Part shown: piece after piece, positions 9,729 through 17,072 of the stretch
How the letters are laid out: the number at the start of each line of letters is the position of its first letter
Position numbering within the stretch: the stretch's first letter is position 1
Source: a virus
Taxonomy: Duplodnaviria > Caudoviricetes
Virus record (IMG/VR): IMGVR_UViG_3300008267_000189
Location: 581-64,580 of that record
DNA length: 64,000 nucleotides
Reading direction: 5' to 3' (one strand)
Notes under the pieces: generated by a model
The model's input: the letters and a program-made list of their open reading frames with translations, nothing else
What the model was told of the DNA's origin: nothing
Databases searched by the model: none
Position numbers and translations under genes: made by a program

Positions 9729-10265
9729 ATGGATATTAAAGAAGATGAAATCAAAGAAATAAATAAGTTAGGCAATCTTAATGGAGATGAGGTAAAATTG
9801 GTCACCCTAAAAGGCGGCCTCCATATTGGAATTGGCAAAAAATCTGAAGACAGTAAAAAAAGTGCAATTTTAGCAGTCGGTTCACATCCTGCCTTAGTTT
9901 CTTATCAAATTTCTAAACAATTTAATCAAAAATTTGAACAAAATCTAACCAAAGCCGAGGGAGAAATAACACCCGAAGTGATTGATTATTCAAAAAATTT
10001 GTCTCCTTTAAACAAAAATATACTCGGTTTAGATATATATGCTATCAAAACAGGTAATGATATAGATTTTAAAATTACCAAACATAACTTTGAGATCTTT
10101 TCTATCCAGGCAACAAATGACATGGGTATTCTTTCTTTGAACAAAACAATCAAAAATGATGAAAGATTGTCAAACCTTAACAAAAATGAATTAAGCAAAA
10201 ACTTAGAAAAAACTATAAAACAATTTGCTAAAAATAATGAATTAAAAATTAAGAAAAAATTCTAA
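9729..10265 (+). CDS. Hypothetical late protein
   Basis: GAGGA RBS before ATG 9729; late motif at 9696. Confidence 0.6.
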   Translation: MDIKEDEIKEINKLGNLNGDEVKLVTLKGGLHIGIGKKSEDSKKSAILAVGSHPALVSYQISKQFNQKFEQNLTKAEGEITPEVIDYSKNLSPLNKNILGLDIYAIKTGNDIDFKITKHNFEIFSIQATNDMGILSLNKTIKNDERLSNLNKNELSKNLEKTIKQFAKNNELKIKKKF

Positions 10266-10267
10266 AT

Positions 10268-11140
10268 ATGGATAAATTAAAAATACCCTTTCCTCCCAAC
10301 CCTGATATTGGAATCAATCTGGATTCTCAGGATGAGTTTATTAAAAATAGAGGGGTAAATCTTGAACATTATGTAGCAATACCATCTCCAATAGGATTAA
10401 AAGATAGAGGAGATTACAGAAGAACAGACCAATACGATTCTATTTCTTCAAATGGAATGATTTACAAAAAAGCCGGATGTTTTACTGGTGTTATTGTTTC
10501 TAACTCAAAAAGAAAAACAACAGGAGAAGGTGGTATAATTGACCATTCTACTGCAAGACTTCTGTTGCCTAGATTTTATAACGATCAAAAAGAAATACAT
10601 CTTGCCCCTGGAGATAGGATTTTTATAAAAGACATAGATGTACTTGTGTCAAACTATCAAAGAATGCAATATGACCCGGGAAATTTTGATAGAGCGCAAT
10701 TTCCTATAAAATGTGTTGAACATTTAATAGACAGTCGAGGGTTAGAATACAAAGAAGGAGTACATTTTAAAATTCAGGATGGATATGTTGAATGGATTGA
10801 CGGGAAAGACAATCCGGGAATAGACCCCGATACCGGCAAGGGAAGAGTTTATTCAATAAGATATAAATACAATGCTCATTGGTATATAACCGAAATACCG
10901 AACGAAGTCCGAGTAGCGCAAACATTTGGATCTAATGGAGAAAAAACTGCAGAAAGAATGCAGTATTCTGCCATCATTCAAAGAGAATATGTTTATTATA
11001 ATCAAAATAATGATATTAATAAGGATTATGGAAAGGAAAAACTAATTAGAAATATAGAAGAACCAAAAGATCCTATCGATACCATTTATGAATACGAAGT
11101 AAAAGTCGATATGAACGATATAGGAGAACAAGATGAATAA
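10268..11140 (+). CDS. Putative neck/head-closure virion protein
   Basis: LAPGDRI and YKEGVHF..YSIRY motifs as in SPO1-like neck genes; gene context. Confidence 0.5.
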   Translation: MDKLKIPFPPNPDIGINLDSQDEFIKNRGVNLEHYVAIPSPIGLKDRGDYRRTDQYDSISSNGMIYKKAGCFTGVIVSNSKRKTTGEGGIIDHSTARLLLPRFYNDQKEIHLAPGDRIFIKDIDVLVSNYQRMQYDPGNFDRAQFPIKCVEHLIDSRGLEYKEGVHFKIQDGYVEWIDGKDNPGIDPDTGKGRVYSIRYKYNAHWYITEIPNEVRVAQTFGSNGEKTAERMQYSAIIQREYVYYNQNNDINKDYGKEKLIRNIEEPKDPIDTIYEYEVKVDMNDIGEQDE

Positions 11141-11525
11141 ATTTTTTAGAAGAAAAATCGATGGGAGATGTGTAGAAGATTCTCAAACGATTGATAATAT
11201 TGAACATAATTCGGAAGCAGGTGGTCAAAAAAATATGGAAGTAGGACCAGGACTGGTCTTTATAGGCGATGCTAGTTCTGAATTAATTGTGAATCCAGGA
11301 GATCAATTATTCTTTTTTAAATCCACCACAGGATTTGGTTGGGTTAAAATGTCAAAAACATCGGGAATAGGCGCTGTAGGATCGGTTCCTGCTGATGATA
11401 CTTTCCCAATTGAAGGAGAAGGATTTACCAGATATTCTGCGGTAGATTATAAGTATATAAAGGCAAGTTCTGGGGTTTACCTTTATGTTTTAAGGGATGA
11501 TAATCAGTTAAGGATTAATCCTTAA
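11133..11525 (+). CDS. Hypothetical structural protein
   Basis: Overlapping start, AGGAG RBS, beta-rich. Confidence 0.5.
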   Translation: MNKFFRRKIDGRCVEDSQTIDNIEHNSEAGGQKNMEVGPGLVFIGDASSELIVNPGDQLFFFKSTTGFGWVKMSKTSGIGAVGSVPADDTFPIEGEGFTRYSAVDYKYIKASSGVYLYVLRDDNQLRINP

Positions 11526-11539
11526 TAGGCGGCAATGAA

Positions 11540-11827
11540 ATGAGTTCTTCTAAAAAATTAGAGAATTTTCTAAAAAAATCAAAGAATGAGCAAAAAAAAG
11601 AGGCTCAAATAAAAAAGACAGAATGTATAAGCTGCGCAGATTGCGGTTTTAATTTATATGAAGGCGGAAAAAATTTAACATTATGCATTTGCTACGGCGA
11701 GGATTGGAATAAAAATATTAAAATTCAAAAGTCTGAAAACGCTATAAAAATGCAATTTCCTAAGACTATAGATCCAGAAAATATTGAGATGTTATTAAAT
11801 ACTTTAAAAAATATGAACAAGGAATAG
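11540..11827 (+). CDS. Zinc-ribbon protein (CADC...CIC)
   Basis: CxxC and CxC motifs. Confidence 0.5.
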   Translation: MSSSKKLENFLKKSKNEQKKEAQIKKTECISCADCGFNLYEGGKNLTLCICYGEDWNKNIKIQKSENAIKMQFPKTIDPENIEMLLNTLKNMNKE

Positions 11828-11829
11828 GT

Positions 11830-13623
11830 ATGAAAGAACAAATGACCTATGTAGCAATTGACGCTGACGATGTAGGAGAAAGTATCGGAGGAGCTGTGCT
11901 TTCTGATGATGCGAACAAACTCTCAACAATATCGGGGAAAATAAATACTGGCGTACAGATCTTTGCCAAGTGGGCGGAATATAATGGCGGATCTATAATA
12001 AGCAGTGGTAGCGATGAAGCTATTTTTCAAGTACCTTTAACTAGTATTGAAGAGTTAGAAGATTTGAAAAATAAATACCAAAACCATACCGGCTTTTCAG
12101 TTTCAATTGGTATTGGAGAAAAAATTTCTGATGCTGCAAAAGCTTTAATTTATGCTAAAGTAAATGGCAAAAATCAGATAGTTGATTATTCTCCTGAGAT
12201 AGAAGAAGTAATGAAACAATCTATTACAGGTAATTTAGATAAAATAAAACCAGAACAAAAATTAGAAGGTGGAATAGGGGACGAAACAGAAGAATCAGAC
12301 GTAGATGAAAATGAGTTCAAAACAGGTATTACAACTGAAAGAGAACATACTGAAGACGAGGATACAGCTGAAGAAATTGCTTTAGATCATCTTACAGAAG
12401 ATCCTGAGTATTATTCTAAACTTAAAGAAATGGAATCTAAAGACGAGCCAGATGAAGAATCAGATGAAGAATCAGATGAAGAATCAGATGAAGAATCAGA
12501 TGAAGAATCAGATGAAGAATCAGATGAAGAATCAGATGAAGAATCAGATGACTTGTCAAACTCAATAGCCATGGAAATGGAGCCTGATGAAGAATCAGAC
12601 GAAATGGGTCAGCAAGACTTGGATATCGATGGTCGTCCAGATATCCAGGAGGAACATGGAAAAATAAATCCCGAGCAGGATGACATAGACAAAGATGGGG
12701 ATGTTGAACATGAAGAAGCTATGGCTGTAGATGCTAACGAAGAAGATAGCTATAACGATGAAAATGATTTTGAAGATGAATATTTAGAATCAGATGAAGA
12801 ATCAGATGAAGAATCAGATGAAGAATCAGATGAAGAATCAGATGAAGAATCAGATGAAGAATCAGATGAAGAATCAGATGAAGAATCAGATGAAGAATCA
12901 GATGAAATGGATCAAGAAGATCTTACTGATGAATCTTTAAAACAAGCTATATTTGATAGTTTACAAATTTTTAAACAAAACAAAGATATTTTAACAGCTC
13001 TTGCCACAGAAAATCCAGATTTATATAATGCTCTTGTTGTTTCTTTACAATCAATGATAGAAATGGCAAAAGAACTTGGATATGGTGGGTATGAAGATGA
13101 TTCAAACCAAGGGATGGATGAAGATTTAAATCCGAACGATTTTGAAGTATTTGATGAGGAGTCTTCGCCAGATAATGCTGAAATGTCACAAGAAGAACTT
13201 TCTCCAGAAGATTTTGAAAAAAATGAAACCTTTTATAAATTAATAAATAAAATTAATACTGCAAAAAAAACTCTTGAGTTAAAAAAGAAAGAAGATAAGA
13301 AAAAAATGCTTTTAAAATTAAAACAAAAATTGAATAAGTTTAAAAGCAAAAATTTTCAACCCGGAAAAGATAAATCTAAATTTAAAGACAAAAAAAAGAA
13401 GGTTCCAAAACCTAAAAAAGTAGAAGCAGCGTCATTTTGTTCTTCCTCTAATCAAAAAATGAAAACATCTGGAAAAGATTGTAGAGCAAATGAGGATAAA
13501 GATTCTCCTGTATGTGCTGCAAGGAAAAAAATGAATTGCCGTGGCAAGAATGCCGAAAAAGGTTCTGCTATTCAAAAATCTGAAAAATTAAAGAAATTTT
13601 TGGAGAAAAAAAGAAAAAAGTAA
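11830..13623 (+). CDS. mCpol-like nucleotidyltransferase domain + DUF5661-like module + acidic repeats (putative internal head polyprotein)
   Basis: aa 1-120 YVAIDADDVG..LSDD..GGSIISSGSDE..SVSIGIG..ALIYAKVNGKNQI; then GITTEREHT..IALDHLTEDPEYYSKL. Confidence 0.75.
   Translation: MKEQMTYVAIDADDVGESIGGAVLSDDANKLSTISGKINTGVQIFAKWAEYNGGSIISSGSDEAIFQVPLTSIEELEDLKNKYQNHTGFSVSIGIGEKISDAAKALIYAKVNGKNQIVDYSPEIEEVMKQSITGNLDKIKPEQKLEGGIGDETEESDVDENEFKTGITTEREHTEDEDTAEEIALDHLTEDPEYYSKLKEMESKDEPDEESDEESDEESDEESDEESDEESDEESDEESDDLSNSIAMEMEPDEESDEMGQQDLDIDGRPDIQEEHGKINPEQDDIDKDGDVEHEEAMAVDANEEDSYNDENDFEDEYLESDEESDEESDEESDEESDEESDEESDEESDEESDEESDEMDQEDLTDESLKQAIFDSLQIFKQNKDILTALATENPDLYNALVVSLQSMIEMAKELGYGGYEDDSNQGMDEDLNPNDFEVFDEESSPDNAEMSQEELSPEDFEKNETFYKLINKINTAKKTLELKKKEDKKKMLLKLKQKLNKFKSKNFQPGKDKSKFKDKKKKVPKPKKVEAASFCSSSNQKMKTSGKDCRANEDKDSPVCAARKKMNCRGKNAEKGSAIQKSEKLKKFLEKKRKK
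12449..12551 (+). repeat. 12-nt tandem repeat CAGATGAAGAAT, about 8 copies (DEES)n
   Basis: Perfect in-frame repeat. Confidence 0.95.
12787..12906 (+). repeat. 12-nt tandem repeat GAATCAGATGAA, 10 copies
   Basis: Perfect in-frame repeat, same unit as at 12449. Confidence 0.95.
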
Positions 13624-13672
13624 CAGGGTCGCTAGATAAGACAAGTGGTGGACTACCGACCAAACAGACCAC
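13602..13672 (+). other. Candidate programmed -1 ribosomal frameshift signal
   Basis: GGAG 13602-05; A_AAA_AAG 13614-20 then TAA; stem GGTCG-C-TAG/CTA-C-CGACC 13627-13661. Confidence 0.55.
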
Positions 13673-13877
13673 AAAACATATCTCTAAACCCCATCATCAA
13701 GATGGGACTGTTAAAGGATATAAGATAAAAGATACAGATCCTTCAACAGGAAAGGCAAAATGGATTGACGGATCAAGGGGATTGGCCATGGACAATAGTG
13801 GGAATCCTGTAGCTCCTGAAGGGCAAAGTCCTGTGAAAGGAACTAAAAATAAACTTCCTCTTCCAGGTCTTGTATGA
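13620..13877 (+). CDS. -1 frame extension (85 aa, VTGSLDKTSGG...LPLPGLV) of the 11830 protein
   Basis: Open -1 frame with no start codon in its first 54 codons; fills the gap and ends in ATGA overlap with 13874. Confidence 0.65.
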   Translation, partial: VTGSLDKTSGGLPTKQTTKHISKPHHQDGTVKGYKIKDTDPSTGKAKWIDGSRGLAMDNSGNPVAPEGQSPVKGTKNKLPLPGLV

Positions 13878-14638
13878 TTTTAATTGATATAGAAATAGAA
13901 GGAAATTTAGAACAAGATATTGATAAAATAAAAAATAGCATTAGGGAAGATCTTAGACTTACAGTCAAGGCAATGGGTTCTAGTACATTAAAAAAAGCAG
14001 AAGAACTTGCTCAACAACATCTTTCTCCTAAACTTGCCACTATGTATAAAGCGGCTTTAAAAATAGAACAATTATCAGAAGATACTGTAATTATCGAACT
14101 GGATGAAAAAGCGATCTGGATAGAAAAAGGTCGTAAGGCAGGTTTTATGGAAGACCTTCTTAAATCAGGCACAAAAAAAGCTAAAGACGGTTCTAAATAT
14201 AGAATAATACCTGTGGGAGAATCGAAAAGATCTTCCCAACCAGCTTCAGTAGGAGAGAATCTTGTACCGGAAATAAAAACTTTTTTACAAAAAAAAGGCA
14301 TCAGAACGGGAAAAAATAATCTGGAATTGGATGATAACGGGAGTCCGAGGCTTGGTAAAATAAGTACTTTCAATATAAAAGATTTAAAAGATAAAAAACA
14401 ATTTTCTGATAATATATCTAGAATAAGTGTTTTTCAAAATAAAAACCCTAAAACAGGCGGGGTTGAAAAAAGTATAACGGCTTTTAGAGTTATATCAGAA
14501 AAACATAGAGGAACAGGAAAATGGGTCCATCCCGGAACTCCTCCTGTAAATATATTAGAAAAAGCTTTTAAATGGTCTGAACAATTGTGGGAAACAGAAT
14601 TATTCCCCGCAATGAAGTTAAGATATGAAGGTAAATAA
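13874..14638 (+). CDS. Putative neck/tail-completion protein
   Basis: WIEKG..FRVISE..WVHPG pattern; position before tail genes. Confidence 0.55.
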   Translation: MILIDIEIEGNLEQDIDKIKNSIREDLRLTVKAMGSSTLKKAEELAQQHLSPKLATMYKAALKIEQLSEDTVIIELDEKAIWIEKGRKAGFMEDLLKSGTKKAKDGSKYRIIPVGESKRSSQPASVGENLVPEIKTFLQKKGIRTGKNNLELDDNGSPRLGKISTFNIKDLKDKKQFSDNISRISVFQNKNPKTGGVEKSITAFRVISEKHRGTGKWVHPGTPPVNILEKAFKWSEQLWETELFPAMKLRYEGK

Positions 14639-15621
14639 TGTCAATATGGCAAGGTGATGTCTTTTTTAGACGAATTATAGAATTAATTTTAAGAGATATC
14701 AGACAGAACCCATGGCTGTTGGATGATATTCTTTCAGATTTTATTACAGATCCCATGCTTTCTGGAATATACGGACAAAAAGAAATTGAAAATGCAAAAA
14801 AATGGATTACAGAAAATGAAGTATCCGTTTTTTTACCACATAGAATGGATCTTGAAAAAATGCCCTGTATAACTATTGCTATAGGAAGCAATATGGAAGA
14901 CAGGAGTCTTGCTAGAATGGGAGATATGACCCATCTAGTAGAAACTTTACAACCAACCCAGATAGGCAAGGTTGTTCCTTATATAATACCTCCTTTTTAC
15001 TACACCTCTTACGATCAAGCAACAGGTTTTTTTGAAGTCCCCAGCTCAGTCGACTTGGTAATAATTCAACCTAATATGGCTGTTATAAATCCTCAAACTG
15101 GAGCCGGTTTTATTATTACTTCAAAAACTAATAATGGATTTTTTATTACCCCTGGTACTGCAATAAATTTTGAAGTTATAGCAGTAATTCCTGAATATCG
15201 AATATACAAAGCTAGAAGAGAAATTGCAACTTTTCAAGAAAATATCTCTATTGGATGCCACGTTCATGGTGACCCAAACGCCCTGCTATGGTTATATTCT
15301 GTAATGATGTACGGATTATTAAGATATAGAGAAGGGTTAATAGAAAGCAGAAATTTTCAAATATCAAATCTTACAACTACAGACATGATAAGGAATGATG
15401 CATTCCAGAGCTTTGGAGAAAACGTGTATAGTCGTTTTATAACCTTGACTGGTCAAGTAGAAAATACTTGGATTAAAGCTCCAAAGCGTATAATAGAAAC
15501 AATTAATATTATAAACGGGATAGATGCTGGGTTAATTATGATAAATAAAGATGGTGGGGAAGTTCCTGAAATTATTGATTCAGAAGAAGAGATATGGATA
15601 TCGAAAACTGATCCAGAATAA
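14638..15621 (+). CDS. Putative tail terminator/completion protein
   Basis: MPCITIAI motif; context upstream of sheath. Confidence 0.5.
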   Translation: MSIWQGDVFFRRIIELILRDIRQNPWLLDDILSDFITDPMLSGIYGQKEIENAKKWITENEVSVFLPHRMDLEKMPCITIAIGSNMEDRSLARMGDMTHLVETLQPTQIGKVVPYIIPPFYYTSYDQATGFFEVPSSVDLVIIQPNMAVINPQTGAGFIITSKTNNGFFITPGTAINFEVIAVIPEYRIYKARREIATFQENISIGCHVHGDPNALLWLYSVMMYGLLRYREGLIESRNFQISNLTTTDMIRNDAFQSFGENVYSRFITLTGQVENTWIKAPKRIIETINIINGIDAGLIMINKDGGEVPEIIDSEEEIWISKTDPE

Positions 15622-15641
15622 ATCTTTATATAGGGGTAAGT

Positions 15642-16292
15642 ATGGATAATTATTTAAAAGAAAAAGCTGATTTATTATTAAAATCTCTTTATAAAAATGT
15701 AAATAAATTGGGACACAAAAAAGATGCCATTGAAGACGTATTAGATTCTAATACAACAGCAGAAATGAGTCCGGATGATATTCCTGCAGGAAGCTCTAGT
15801 GCTTTAAATAAATCTAAAATGCAAAAAAAACAAAAAGTTATTGAAAAAACAAAAAATGTTCAAGATGTGAAAAAAAATGAAGAAATAGTTGAAAAACTTT
15901 TGAAAAATTTAGATGTAATTTCAAAAGCTTGTAAATCAAAAATGCAAAAAAGATGCTGGGAAGGTTATGAGTCGACTCCGGGTAAAAAGGCATATTCAGA
16001 AGGCTCTTGTCAACCTATCAAAAAAGAAGAAAAAGAGAAACCTTTTGTAGGATATAATAAAGAAAAGCACTCTAGAGAAGGTGGACTGAGCACAAAAGCC
16101 AGAGAAAAATACAATAAAGAACACGGTTCAAACTTACAAGCGCCTGTATCTTCTAAAGAAGCCAAAAAATCACCTAAAAAAGCAGCCAGAAGAAAATCTT
16201 TTTGTGCGAGGATGTCAGGGACAAAAGGAGCAACAAGCAAAGACGGTAAACTTACCCCAAAGGGTGCGGCGCTTAAAAGATGGGATTGTTAA
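15642..16292 (+). CDS. Modular putative internal head protein (CWxGY module + DUF6321-like module)
   Basis: CWEGYESTPGKKAYSEGSC; RRKSFCARMSG..ALKRWDC; late motif at 15621. Confidence 0.6.
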   Translation: MDNYLKEKADLLLKSLYKNVNKLGHKKDAIEDVLDSNTTAEMSPDDIPAGSSSALNKSKMQKKQKVIEKTKNVQDVKKNEEIVEKLLKNLDVISKACKSKMQKRCWEGYESTPGKKAYSEGSCQPIKKEEKEKPFVGYNKEKHSREGGLSTKAREKYNKEHGSNLQAPVSSKEAKKSPKKAARRKSFCARMSGTKGATSKDGKLTPKGAALKRWDC

Positions 16293-16375
16293 TAAGTATT
16301 TGAATTTATTGAATTAAATTAGATATATAAGTAATGTAGAATTAATCTTTAATATATAAAAATCAGGGGATTGGT

Positions 16376-17071
16376 ATGTCTGACAAAAAAATGTTTACAG
16401 CAGAAGAAGTGGCCAGAATGATTCTGGACAAAGCTCATAATACATTAAAAAAACATGAAGAAACATTAAAAAAATCCAAAAATACTGCTCATGAAATTGA
16501 TGCAGGAGAAGAATTTAATAATGATGAGGCGGAATGTCCAGAGTCTTTAAAAGGCGAAGGAAATTCTGAAACTTCAAAAAATGAACCTAAAAAAGAAAAA
16601 TCTTCTGTTGCAGAAAATGAAGATTCTATGATGGAGGATGAGCCTTTAAGTGACGATGAATCAGAAGAAGATGAATCAGAAGAAGATGAATCAGAAGAAG
16701 ATGAATATGAATTTAAAAAATCTCAGTCTGGAATGCATACTGTAGAATACAAGAAATTAAAAAAATTCGGATCTCAGGGAGCACCTCTTGGATCAAATCT
16801 CGGAGCTTCAATAGCAGCAGGTATTCAGGGAGTTAAAAAAGATGAAAATTCTCCAGAAGCAAAAGAAAATCCTCAATATCATATAAGAGCTACACAAGAA
16901 GGTAAAGCTCCTAAAAAACCATGGACAACCGATACTAGGCGACATATAGATTATAGTAGAAGCGGAATGAAAGGTGCTAAATTATCCAGTCCAGAAGATC
17001 AAAAAAGATTTGAATCTGAAGCTAAAGAAAGATCAAAAAAGTTTAAAGAAGAAAGCAAAAAACAAGACTAG
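16376..17071 (+). CDS. Acidic/basic putative internal head protein
   Basis: Late motif at 16344; (DESEE)3 repeat; KS motifs. Confidence 0.55.
   Translation: MSDKKMFTAEEVARMILDKAHNTLKKHEETLKKSKNTAHEIDAGEEFNNDEAECPESLKGEGNSETSKNEPKKEKSSVAENEDSMMEDEPLSDDESEEDESEEDESEEDEYEFKKSQSGMHTVEYKKLKKFGSQGAPLGSNLGASIAAGIQGVKKDENSPEAKENPQYHIRATQEGKAPKKPWTTDTRRHIDYSRSGMKGAKLSSPEDQKRFESEAKERSKKFKEESKKQD
16655..16706 (+). repeat. 15-nt tandem repeat GATGAATCAGAAGAA x3
   Basis: Direct inspection. Confidence 0.9.
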
Positions 17072-17072
17072 T

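Noticed and set aside
11133-14638. A complete Panoptes/CBASS-like defence operon around the mCpol domain
   Set aside because: Neighbours look structural; no TM, CARF or SAVED effector is recognisable, and no known sponge (Acb2, Tad1, Tad2) could be identified by eye in the window.
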